From Alphaproteobacteria bacterium (GTDB taxonomy: Bacteria > Pseudomonadota > Alphaproteobacteria > CAAHEQ01 > UBA3637), in the NCBI GenBank assembly GCA_045631185.1, contig JAZQUH010000026.1, positions 12,624-76,623 of the forward strand: DNA of 64,000 bases. Reading direction: 5' to 3'. Below, one piece after another: positions 53,851-62,371 of this stretch. Each line of letters starts with the position of its first letter. The stretch's first letter is position 1. Under the pieces are notes generated by a model. The model worked only from the letters and a program-made list of their open reading frames with translations, had not been told where the DNA came from and did not search any database. Both the position numbers and the translations under genes were made by a program.

Positions 53851-54168
53851 ATGAAAAACATTGGCGAATTAATGTTAAAAGCACAAAAAGTGCAATCTCA
53901 AATGAGTATTTTACAAACCAAAATGGAAGGCATGGCCTTTGATGGTCAAGCCGGTAATGGTTTGGTTAAAATTACTTTGACTGGTCGTGGCTATCCCACC
54001 AAAGTCCAATTGGATGATTCTGTTTTGAACGACAAAGAAACTTTGGAAGATTTGATTGTTGTGGCCATTTCTGATGCCCGTGAAAAAGCGGACAACTATA
54101 TGGAAACAGAAATGGAAAAAATGCAAAACGCATTGGGCTTGCCTCCGGGATTCAAAATGCCCTTTTAA
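53851..54168 (+). CDS. ybaB: YbaB/EbfC family nucleoid-associated protein
   Basis: 105 aa directly upstream of recR. Typical N-terminus and ...GLPPGFKMPF C-terminus. Confidence 0.9.
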   Translation: MKNIGELMLKAQKVQSQMSILQTKMEGMAFDGQAGNGLVKITLTGRGYPTKVQLDDSVLNDKETLEDLIVVAISDAREKADNYMETEMEKMQNALGLPPGFKMPF

Positions 54169-54176
54169 GGAATAAC

Positions 54177-54770
54177 ATGCCCGCAAAAGAAATTGAATCT
54201 TTAATCGGTTTGTTTGCGCGCTTGCCAACCCTTGGCCCCCGATCCGCTCGGCGGGCCGTTTTGTCGTTGTTGGATAATCCCAAGGCGCAAATGATGCCGA
54301 TGATTCAGGCGATGCAGGCTGTGGTTGAAAACATTCAAACCTGCCCTATATGCGGAAATTTTGACACACAAAGTCCTTGCAATATCTGTGCCAATGATAA
54401 GAAAAACAAAAAACAGGTCTGTGTGGTGCGGGATATAGCCGACTTATGGGCCTTGGATCGGGCAAACATCTTTCATGGCGTGTATCATGTGTTGGGCGGT
54501 GTTTTATCGGCGCTGGACGGCGTTGGCCCTGATGATTTAAATATAGAAAAATTAATTGGGCGGATTCAAATGGGCGAGATTGAAGAGGTTATTTTAGCCC
54601 TGCCCGCCACAGTAGATGGACAAACAACAGCCCATTATATTGCCGACCGATTGAGCAAGTATCCCGTTCAGCTGACCACTTTGGCCCGTGGTGTGCCTGT
54701 TGGGGGCGAGCTGGATTATTTGGATGACGGTACTTTGCAAATGGCCCTGAAATCCCGCAGAAGTTTGTAA
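54177..54770 (+). CDS. recR: recombination protein RecR
   Basis: Helix-hairpin-helix N-terminus (LPTLGPRSARR), zinc finger CPICGNFDTQSPCNIC, Toprim region. Confidence 0.95.
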   Translation: MPAKEIESLIGLFARLPTLGPRSARRAVLSLLDNPKAQMMPMIQAMQAVVENIQTCPICGNFDTQSPCNICANDKKNKKQVCVVRDIADLWALDRANIFHGVYHVLGGVLSALDGVGPDDLNIEKLIGRIQMGEIEEVILALPATVDGQTTAHYIADRLSKYPVQLTTLARGVPVGGELDYLDDGTLQMALKSRRSL

Positions 54771-54782
54771 AAAAAATGGAAC

Positions 54783-54811
54783 AAAAAAAGCCCCGAGGAT
54801 TCGGGGCTTTT
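54783..54811. terminator. bidirectional rho-independent terminator between recR and the DUF2934-like gene
   Basis: AGCCCCGA-ggat-TCGGGGCT stem-loop flanked by an A-run and a T-run. Confidence 0.75.
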
Positions 54812-54824
54812 AAATTGATTAAAA

Positions 54825-55001
54825 TTACCGAGAACGTGAACGCCCCTGTTTTAATGTTTTCATATTCTTTTTGGGTTTTCCGTCTACTTTGACGACAGCC
54901 TGATACCAAAAAGCATCCGGTTGCCCCATAGGTTTGCCGGCATCCAGCCACATATAATAGGCTGTTTCACGAATCAGTTGTTCTTTATTTTTTTGTGTCA
55001 T
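54825..55001 (-). CDS. small DUF2934-like protein (58 aa), below the ORF-track length cutoff
   Basis: My translation: MTQKNKEQLIRETAYYMWLDAGKPMGQPDAFWYQAVVKVDGKPKKNMKTLKQGRSRSR. A GGGGAG Shine-Dalgarno precedes the ATG. The IRE.AY..W...G.P.G....W motif is typical of DUF2934. Confidence 0.6.
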   Translation of the reverse strand: MTQKNKEQLIRETAYYMWLDAGKPMGQPDAFWYQAVVKVDGKPKKNMKTLKQGRSRSR

Positions 55002-55140
55002 GGAATTTTTCTCCCCTTTTTTAGGTTACATTTTTAAAAGTGGGATCGAATGTCGTTTTTTTTCAATTGTCGGAAAGTATGGTATTTTATTGTTGCAAAA
55101 AAAATTATTTTTATCTAAACTGATAAAAAAAGAGGGAAAG

Positions 55141-56484
55141 ATGCGTTTTAAAATTTTAATTTTTTCTTTAATGTTGTCCACTTCATCCTTTGCGATGGAT
55201 CCGTTTTCCGTGTATTCACAAAATGCCCCCGAAGGATGTGTATCCGGTTTGGATACAAATAAAGAAGTGGATTTAGCCAATTTGATTCAAATTGCCATTT
55301 GTAATAATCCGGCATTGAATCGTGATTTTATGTCGGTTAAATCACGCGAGGCGGATTTGGGCGCCACAAAATCGGAATATCTGCCCACTGTCAGCGCTTC
55401 GGCCGGTGCCGAAAAAAATTTCAGCAAAAATCAAGATGATGATAAAACCGCAAAGTCTAACCCTTATTCGGCCAATGTCGGTATCGGTTGGTTGATTTAT
55501 GATTTTGGTCGCCGTGGGGCCACCACCGATCAAATGCGTGCTTATTTGGAATCAGAATCTTTTAATTACAATTCGGCCTTGCAGGAATTGGTTTTGAATG
55601 TCAATCAGGCTTATTTTGATTTACTGTCCAATCAGGAAGTTTTAAAGTCGGCCCAAGAATCGGTTAAATCCTATAAAAAATCATATGAAGAAACGTCAAA
55701 GCGTTATCAATTGGGGATGGTTTCTTTAAGCGATAAATTGTTGGCGCAAACAACTTATCAAAAATCGGAATTGGCTGTTTTACAGGCACAAAACGCCATT
55801 GAAAAATCGGCGGCGACTTTGGCCGCATTGTTGAATTTGCCGGCCGATACCAAGTTTGATTTGGTCTTGCCCAAACGGGATAAAGACAACGATATTACCA
55901 AGTTGCAAACGGATATGACCGTGCAACAAATGATGGAAACAGCGGTTCAGTTGCGGCCCGAAATGAAAAGCGCTCTCAGTTCACAGGATGCTGCCCGTTA
56001 TGGTATAGACATTGCCAAAACCGGCCATTATCCAACGATTTCGGCCAAAGGTTCAGCCGGTTATAATGATTCATGGCAAGATAGCCGTCCCTATCAAATG
56101 TCGGCCAATGCCGGTCTGTCTGTTTCTGTGCCTATTTTTGATGGTTTTAAAACAACCTATGGTGTACAAAAAGCACGCTTCCAATACAAAAAAGCCGAAG
56201 CCGGTGTGCAGGATATTAAAGAAAGTATTCAAAAAGAAGTCTTTAATGCTTATCAGGATTATACAACGGCCGTTTCTTCATACAAAGTCAATCAGGAAGT
56301 TTTGAAATCGGCCAAAGAAAGCGAACGTGTGACTTTTGTATCCTATCAGGCGGGCAAAGAAAGTATCTTAAACTTACTGACAGCTCAGGCGCAGTTGGCA
56401 GATGCCCGTCAGGGGTTGGCGGTTTCATTTTACGGCGTTTTAACCGCCAAAGCCAAACTTTACCGTGCCATTGGTCAGTTTTAA
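55141..56484 (+). CDS. tolC: TolC-family outer-membrane efflux protein
   Basis: Signal peptide MRFKILIFSLMLSTSSFA. Two internally repeated OEP halves. Start placed at the ATG at 55141 rather than the upstream in-frame start. Confidence 0.85.
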   Translation: MRFKILIFSLMLSTSSFAMDPFSVYSQNAPEGCVSGLDTNKEVDLANLIQIAICNNPALNRDFMSVKSREADLGATKSEYLPTVSASAGAEKNFSKNQDDDKTAKSNPYSANVGIGWLIYDFGRRGATTDQMRAYLESESFNYNSALQELVLNVNQAYFDLLSNQEVLKSAQESVKSYKKSYEETSKRYQLGMVSLSDKLLAQTTYQKSELAVLQAQNAIEKSAATLAALLNLPADTKFDLVLPKRDKDNDITKLQTDMTVQQMMETAVQLRPEMKSALSSQDAARYGIDIAKTGHYPTISAKGSAGYNDSWQDSRPYQMSANAGLSVSVPIFDGFKTTYGVQKARFQYKKAEAGVQDIKESIQKEVFNAYQDYTTAVSSYKVNQEVLKSAKESERVTFVSYQAGKESILNLLTAQAQLADARQGLAVSFYGVLTAKAKLYRAIGQF

Positions 56485-56512
56485 TTAAACTGAAATCTAC
56501 CCTCCAATAAAT

Positions 56513-56535
56513 AAGTCTGCCACAAGGGCAGACTT
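56513..56535. terminator. stem-loop between the convergent tolC-like and B3 genes
   Basis: AAGTCTGCC-acaag-GGCAGACTT (9 bp stem). T-rich tail on the minus strand. Confidence 0.55.
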
Positions 56536-56565
56536 AAAGTAAAAAAGTAATTTTAAATGCGGGGG

Positions 56566-57651
56566 CTAACGAACACACAAAAAATCGTAGCTGGCACGAG
56601 CATCGGCGCTGATGTTGCGCATGCCGTTCTCGACATAGTACGCAGAATAGGAATCATACACATCCGCTGTCCATAAAGTATGACCGAATTCAAATCTTAA
56701 TGCACCATAAACGGTACCATCTGTGGGGCAAGGTTCATACACTAGACTACCTTCACAGCCCAAATCGGATAAGCTGACCATACGCATATTTAAGGACGCA
56801 CAAACATCATTGGCTGTCCACCAATTAGGAATACAAGATCCACCATGATCTGAGCCGGTATATTTTTTACCATCGCTGATATCTATATCATACAGCCCAC
56901 AACCCGATACAGACTGACATACGCCAGAGGTTGAGGGTGGTGCGACTTGAGGAAACTGACAATATTCCCCTTTATCGCAATCCGCATAAGATGAACAGGT
57001 ATTATCATCACCTTTGGATTCGCATGTGCCCTCTTTATAAACGGTACCGGATGTTTCGCAATAACACATACTGTTATCCGCCAAGGTGGTGGCATAACCG
57101 CCCGCACCTTCCGTGGATGTCCCCGTCGGACAAGGAGAGGTTTCTGGAATACCTTCATTACCTTCACTTTCCGGCTTATCATTTGCCGATAAATCCTTGT
57201 TAAATGTTAAAATGGCAATCAAATCACCATCTTCATTATTGACGCATTCTACTTCACGCACAACGGAACGGGAACCACCGGCCATCGATTGCATTTGTTG
57301 ACATAATTCTTCATCCAACCCTTCCAAAGTCAAGGTAAACTGTTCATCAGATCTCGCATAATCCGTATAACCATCCGGTCCTTTTACAGTATTGGATATT
57401 GTAACACCACCACCCAAATCATTATCAAAAGCATCATTTGTCAAATCTTCCAAATTACCTGAACCTATTTTGGTGGCAACATCCGTAGCACGCATAGAGG
57501 CCTGATTCAATAAATTATTGGCTAAAGCCTTTCTGACAGCAGCTTTATATCCCGCAACACCAGTGACACTTAAAACACCGATAATCGCCAACACGCCCAG
57601 CATTTCAACCATAGAACGGCCTGTTTCGTTTGTTTTTATTAAATTTTGCAT
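56566..57651 (-). CDS. prepilin-leader cysteine-repeat modular protein, subfamily B, member B3 (361 aa) with a lectin-like C-terminal module
   Basis: MQNLIKTNETG|RSMVEMLGVLAIIGVLSVTGVAGY. Pilin-like module with 2 Cys, P/S/T/G/E linker, then CSSYADCDKGEYCQF...NWWTANDVCASLNMRMVSLSDL...YDFLCVR. Confidence 0.8.
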   Translation of the reverse strand: MQNLIKTNETGRSMVEMLGVLAIIGVLSVTGVAGYKAAVRKALANNLLNQASMRATDVATKIGSGNLEDLTNDAFDNDLGGGVTISNTVKGPDGYTDYARSDEQFTLTLEGLDEELCQQMQSMAGGSRSVVREVECVNNEDGDLIAILTFNKDLSANDKPESEGNEGIPETSPCPTGTSTEGAGGYATTLADNSMCYCETSGTVYKEGTCESKGDDNTCSSYADCDKGEYCQFPQVAPPSTSGVCQSVSGCGLYDIDISDGKKYTGSDHGGSCIPNWWTANDVCASLNMRMVSLSDLGCEGSLVYEPCPTDGTVYGALRFEFGHTLWTADVYDSYSAYYVENGMRNISADARASYDFLCVR

Positions 57652-57684
57652 TTTTATCTCCCTTTATTGTTTGTTAATATCTCC

Positions 57685-57713
57685 ATACTATCTAACTCTT
57701 ACCACCTTGTCAA
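57685..57713 (-). promoter_or_regulatory. sigma70-like promoter (minus strand) TTGACA-N17-TAGTAT for B3
   Basis: Reverse complement: TTGACA (57713-57708), 17 nt spacer, TAGTAT (57690-57685). Confidence 0.5.
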
Positions 57714-57799
57714 GCGTTTTATCCGGATTAAAATAAAAAAAGACTAGACCTTATCTTAAAAAAAGAGTATAATTATCAAAAATTTAAGGAGAGTGCCTT

Positions 57800-57988
57800 A
57801 TGGAACAAATTAAAAATGCTTTAACCGGATTGGAACAGGCGGTGTTGAAATTGGAATCCGCCGTCCATAATTCAAAAAAAGAACAAGGAAAATCGCAAGA
57901 ACAAATCGTTCAATTAAAGGCTGTCATCCGCCGAACACATGATCGACTGGATAAAGCTTTGATTGATTATCATAAGGGGGAAATTTAA
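57800..57988 (+). CDS. small coiled-coil protein (DUF4164-like position upstream of zapA)
   Basis: 62 aa helical protein immediately abutting zapA, as commonly seen in alphaproteobacteria. Confidence 0.55.
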   Translation: MEQIKNALTGLEQAVLKLESAVHNSKKEQGKSQEQIVQLKAVIRRTHDRLDKALIDYHKGEI

Positions 57989-58303
57989 ATGGCAGTTGTA
58001 TCTTTAAAAATCGGGGGACGTTATTATAAATTTTCCTGTAATGATGGGCAAGAAGCCCATATGCGTGAATTGGCGGACCAACTGGATAAACGGGCCGAAG
58101 CTTTAACAAAATCAATCGGCTTTATGCAGGAAGGTCAATTATTGGCAATGATTTGTTTGTTATTGGCCGAAGAAAAACAACATCTGGCCAAAGAAACAAA
58201 TGCCGAATTACAGGTTCAAGCCGCCGATCAAATCGCCGATTGTTTAAATAACCTAGCCCTGAAAGTCAATGTGTTGGCCGAAAGTTTAGAAGGAAAAGAA
58301 TGA
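57989..58303 (+). CDS. zapA: cell division protein ZapA
   Basis: VSLKIGGRYYKFSCNDGQEAHMRELADQLD...LLAMICLLLAEE pattern typical of ZapA. Confidence 0.85.
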   Translation: MAVVSLKIGGRYYKFSCNDGQEAHMRELADQLDKRAEALTKSIGFMQEGQLLAMICLLLAEEKQHLAKETNAELQVQAADQIADCLNNLALKVNVLAESLEGKE

Positions 58304-59109
58304 AAATCTTATTTTGCGGTGATGTTTCAGGACAATCCGGCCGAAACAGTTTGAAAAACTTTTTACCCGCCTTAAAAGAAAAATTTAAATTTGACGCTTT
58401 GATTGTCAATGGGGAAAATGCCGCCCACGGTTTGGGTATCACACCAAAAATTTACAAAGAATTGTGCCGAATGGGGGCCGACGTTATCACAATGGGCAAT
58501 CACACCTTTGACAAAATGGATGTGGTTAAAATTTGGGCCGAAGATAATGTATTGGTTCGCCCTTTGAATTATCCCGAAAACACAGTCGGAAAAGGCTGGC
58601 AAATCATCAATGTCGGCAAAAAACGTTTGTGCGTGGTACAATTATTGGGCCGTGGCTTTATGCATTGCAAATTGGAATTATCCGATCCGTTCAAAGATAT
58701 CCAAAACTTTATCCAAGCCCATAAAGACGAATATGATTTATTGATTGTGGATTTTCATGCCGAAACAACCGCCGAAAAAGTGGCCATGGGTTATTTGTTG
58801 GACGGCCAAGCCCTTTTGGTAGTTGGCACCCATACACATATTCCCACCAACGATGCCCATATTTTGGAAAAAGGTACAGCCTATATTACGGATGTGGGTA
58901 TGTGCGGTGATTACACTTCCGTTTTGGGAATGACACGGGAAAGTGCTTTTTCACACTTTGGTTTTGGGCAAAGGATGGCATGGGAACCGGCCGTCAATAA
59001 ATCCACACTGTGTGCCGTTTTGGTGGAAGTAGATACAAAAACCAATCTGGCCAAAAAGATTAAACCCATAATTTTGGGCGATACACTTGAAAATACATTG
59101 AAATTATGA
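58300..59109 (+). CDS. YmdB-like metallophosphoesterase (TIGR00282 family)
   Basis: MKILFCGDVSGQSGR...VNGENAAHGLGIT...GNHTFD metallophosphatase motifs. Confidence 0.85.
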   Translation: MKILFCGDVSGQSGRNSLKNFLPALKEKFKFDALIVNGENAAHGLGITPKIYKELCRMGADVITMGNHTFDKMDVVKIWAEDNVLVRPLNYPENTVGKGWQIINVGKKRLCVVQLLGRGFMHCKLELSDPFKDIQNFIQAHKDEYDLLIVDFHAETTAEKVAMGYLLDGQALLVVGTHTHIPTNDAHILEKGTAYITDVGMCGDYTSVLGMTRESAFSHFGFGQRMAWEPAVNKSTLCAVLVEVDTKTNLAKKIKPIILGDTLENTLKL

Positions 59110-59153
59110 TAAAATAAACTCATTCAAAAAAACATTTAACAAAGGATATTAAA

Positions 59154-59894
59154 ATGGCAGGACATTCACAATTTAAAAACATCATGAACCGTAAAGGCGC
59201 CCAAGATAAAGCCCGCGCCCGTATCTTTTCAAAATTGGCCCGTGAAATTACCGTGGCCGTCAAAACAGCCGGTGCTGATCCCAACGCCAACCCACGTTTG
59301 CGCTTGGCCATTCAAACCGCACGCAGCGAAAATATGCCCAAAGATAACATTGAACGCGCCATTCAAAAAGGTTCACAAACCGCCGATACAACCAATTATG
59401 AAGAAGTCCGCTATGAAGGATACGGCCCCGGTCGTGTTTGCATTATTGTGGAAGCTTTAACCGATAACCGTGCCAGAACAGCCCCCAATTTGCGTGCTAT
59501 CTTTACCAAAAAAGGCGGTTCCTTCGGTGATACGGTTTTGTTTAACTTTGAACACATCGGCTATATTGAATTTCCGTTGAATGTGGCCAGTGCTGATGCT
59601 ATGTTCGAGGCTGCCTTAGAGGCCGGTGCCGATGATGTGCAAACAACAGAAACAGCCCATGAAATTTCATGCCAGCCCAACGATTTGGCCCAAGTGCGTG
59701 ATGCTTTGGAAAAAACATTCGGTACACCCAATGTGGCCCGTATGGATTGGAAACCGACCGTAACGGCCCCTGTGACAGATTTGGAAACCGCCCAAAAATT
59801 GATGGCTTTTGTGGAAGATTTGAACGAAGATGATGATGTCCAACGCGTCATCACAAATGCCGATATTTCGGATGATATTTTGGCCCAGCTGTAA
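59154..59894 (+). CDS. yebC: YebC/PmpR family DNA-binding transcriptional regulator
   Basis: MAGHSQFKNIMNRKGAQDKARARIFSKLAREI canonical N-terminus. Confidence 0.93.
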   Translation: MAGHSQFKNIMNRKGAQDKARARIFSKLAREITVAVKTAGADPNANPRLRLAIQTARSENMPKDNIERAIQKGSQTADTTNYEEVRYEGYGPGRVCIIVEALTDNRARTAPNLRAIFTKKGGSFGDTVLFNFEHIGYIEFPLNVASADAMFEAALEAGADDVQTTETAHEISCQPNDLAQVRDALEKTFGTPNVARMDWKPTVTAPVTDLETAQKLMAFVEDLNEDDDVQRVITNADISDDILAQL

Positions 59895-59915
59895 TTTTTA
59901 ATTCAGGGGGAAATA

Positions 59916-60395
59916 ATGCGCATTTTGGGATTGGATCCGGGCTTGCGTCATACGGGTTGGGGGGTTGTGGATAAATCGGGCAACCGCTATACCTTTGTCG
60001 GTGCCGGTGTTATCAATCCCGATGTCGGATTAGAATTGGCAAACCGTTTGGCCGAATTACACATTTCTTTGGAAAAAATCATCAAAGACTTTTGTCCCGA
60101 TACCGTGGCGGTGGAAGAAACCTTTGTTAATAAAAACCCGAACTCCACCTTAAAATTGGGGCAAGCCAGAGGTGTGGTTTTAATGACGCCCGCCAAGATG
60201 GGGCTGAGTGTGGCCGAATATACCCCCAATCAAATCAAAAAGACAATCACCGGCGTGGGACATGCCGAAAAACATCAGGTGGATATGATGATCCACCGAT
60301 TGATTACCAATGTCCCCGAAAAAATGCCCCCTGATGCGTCGGATGCCTTGGCCATTGCCCTGTGCCATGCCTTTCAAAATCCAGCGTTCAAATAG
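59916..60395 (+). CDS. ruvC: crossover junction endodeoxyribonuclease RuvC
   Basis: MRILGLDPGLRHTGWGVV...VAVEETFVNKNPNSTLKLGQARG motifs. Confidence 0.93.
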   Translation: MRILGLDPGLRHTGWGVVDKSGNRYTFVGAGVINPDVGLELANRLAELHISLEKIIKDFCPDTVAVEETFVNKNPNSTLKLGQARGVVLMTPAKMGLSVAEYTPNQIKKTITGVGHAEKHQVDMMIHRLITNVPEKMPPDASDALAIALCHAFQNPAFK

Positions 60396-60466
60396 CCGTT
60401 TTTTTATTTGCATTTTTAAAAATATTTTTTTATACTCAAAGTATAATAACACGAAAGGATATTACA

Positions 60467-62164
60467 ATGCCTATAAAAGCAGAAATGCAAGAACTAAAAT
60501 CTTCCCCCGAATATTATGATGTTACCCCCGAAGGTCAAAAAGCCATTGAAAAAAAAGATTGGAAAACTTTGTTGAAAAACGTCAAATTTTGTGCACCGGG
60601 GTTTAATCAAAATATCGTAACATTGGAAGAAGGCATATTAACCGAGCTTAAAAGCAAAGAAATTGGACGAGAATATGGATATCCATACGATCAGATTATA
60701 CCATATGAATATGATAAAATAGATAAAGCAGATTTATTCCAACATATTGAAGTCAAAGATTTGGGTGATGATTTAATGGCCATTGCTTGGTTAGATTGTG
60801 TTGAAGCCAGCGTGAATAAATTTGGCGGAATTGGAAAAGAACAACGGATGGATGGTTTTATTATTGATACAAAAAACAAACAAATCGTTCAACGGTTATA
60901 TAATGATTTTAAAACAATTAAGGCACATTCCAGTAAAGATTTTCATGATGAAAAGAATCGTTACTCCCGATATGTGGTTTGTTGCCCCGAAGAAGCAGAA
61001 TTACCCCAAAAAGAAGAATATCGTTCTGGTGTATTTTTAAAGTGGGATCCTATATACGGAAAACTTACAACCGCATGGTTAAATCAAAAAAAAGATTCTT
61101 GCAATCCGATTGCGTTTCATATACCAGAACGTCACGAAATTGAATCAAAATGGAAGGAAACAACATTCAAAAAGGGGATTGCATTCAATGATTATGATTT
61201 AATCAAAGAATCCCTTGAAGCCGGTGCAAGTCCAGACATAACAATTTTGGAAAAACATTACTCCAGTCGCCGCATTCGTCCTCGCGATTATACAACAGCT
61301 TTACATAGATTTGTCAAACAGAGAAAATACGGAAGAAGCCCCCAAAAAGAATTGAAAATCGTTGATCTTTTATTGCGTCACGGGGCATCTTTAAACAACC
61401 ACGACTGTAGCGTGTACGAACCCGACGGCCCCAACGACAAACCCGAATATAATGGAGGAAGATGGATTGAAGATACGACCGTTTTAACGCAAGCCGTGGT
61501 GGATAATGATTTAGAAATGGTTAAGCTATTGATTAATCACGGTGCCGTTCCTTCTGAAAAAGATCTCAAATGTGCTGAAAAACATTGCCCTCGTGATCGC
61601 GGTTGGGCAGTCACAAAGGGTAATGTAATGTATGAATTATTACAAAATACAATAAAGAAAATAAAAAGAGATGAGACAATTAAACGACAAGTATCTCAAC
61701 GAAAAGGACAACGACAAGAATTGGCCCAAATGCCCAAAAAAGAACGCAAAAAATCAACGTTGATGAAAACTTTACAAGAAGGAAGTTATGAACGTAATGA
61801 AAAGGCCAACGAATTAAAACAGGCCCGAAAAGAGCGTGATTTCAAGGCCAAAGAAGAAATCAGACTGCAAAAAGAAAAAGCCTTTAAGGCACATGTCGGT
61901 CTTTTAAAACAAAGAAAAAAAGCCGACCCCAAACGTTCCACTATTGTGGCGACCTTGGATAAATTAAATACTTTGGCACCCGATAGAATACGCAAAACGG
62001 TCAAAGAAACAATGGTCAGAGATTATCACAGCAAAATTGCCAAACCTGAACCACAGGAAAAAGCCAAACCGCAAGTCAGCAATGAACCGCCCAAAAGCCA
62101 AACCAATAAAAAAACACAACAAAAAGGAATAATGTCACGCTTGTTTGGTGGAGGACGAAAATAA
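60467..62164 (+). CDS. ankyrin-repeat protein with a long basic K/R/E-rich C-terminal tail
   Basis: ANK-like units (DLIKESLEAGASPDI, TALHRFV...VDLLLRHGASLNNHD, TVLTQAVVDNDLEMVKLLINHGAVPS). Start at the ATG at 60467 after a GAAAGGA Shine-Dalgarno; the longer ORF from 60362 would overlap ruvC. Confidence 0.75.
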   Translation: MPIKAEMQELKSSPEYYDVTPEGQKAIEKKDWKTLLKNVKFCAPGFNQNIVTLEEGILTELKSKEIGREYGYPYDQIIPYEYDKIDKADLFQHIEVKDLGDDLMAIAWLDCVEASVNKFGGIGKEQRMDGFIIDTKNKQIVQRLYNDFKTIKAHSSKDFHDEKNRYSRYVVCCPEEAELPQKEEYRSGVFLKWDPIYGKLTTAWLNQKKDSCNPIAFHIPERHEIESKWKETTFKKGIAFNDYDLIKESLEAGASPDITILEKHYSSRRIRPRDYTTALHRFVKQRKYGRSPQKELKIVDLLLRHGASLNNHDCSVYEPDGPNDKPEYNGGRWIEDTTVLTQAVVDNDLEMVKLLINHGAVPSEKDLKCAEKHCPRDRGWAVTKGNVMYELLQNTIKKIKRDETIKRQVSQRKGQRQELAQMPKKERKKSTLMKTLQEGSYERNEKANELKQARKERDFKAKEEIRLQKEKAFKAHVGLLKQRKKADPKRSTIVATLDKLNTLAPDRIRKTVKETMVRDYHSKIAKPEPQEKAKPQVSNEPPKSQTNKKTQQKGIMSRLFGGGRK

Positions 62165-62172
62165 GCCCAAAA

Positions 62173-62202
62173 AACACCCTGATTTATTCGGGGTGTTTTT
62201 TT
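62173..62202 (+). terminator. rho-independent terminator after the ankyrin gene
   Basis: AACACCC-N11-GGGTGTT stem-loop followed by a T-run. Confidence 0.6.
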
Positions 62203-62371
62203 ATGTCCAAATAGAAAAATTTTTCAAAAATCACAACATATAGAACATAAACCACTACATCTTGTGTTTTGGGAAAATATTTTTCTTTTCCCGTAAAAGT
62301 TGGTTGAATTTTATGACAGATTGGGCTAGCATACAAACAACAATCAATTTTTAACCTAAAATAAGGGGCAA

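Noticed and set aside
54589-54951. 120 aa minus-strand ORF overlapping recR
   Set aside because: It is antisense to a well-supported recR. Its downstream part is better explained by the separate 58 aa DUF2934-like gene in another frame.
56566-57000. Possible diversity-generating retroelement targeting the lectin-like C-termini (also checked at 31313-31800)
   Set aside because: No reverse-transcriptase ORF is in the window. I could find no template-repeat copy of either 3-prime end in the adjacent intergenic regions. The slightly GC-richer 3-prime end of B3 alone is not evidence.
62165-62371. oriC-like region upstream of dnaA
   Set aside because: I could not find TTATCCACA-type DnaA boxes or an AT-rich repeat cluster by eye. 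In alphaproteobacteria the origin is usually not next to dnaA. Only a terminator and an unremarkable spacer are visible.
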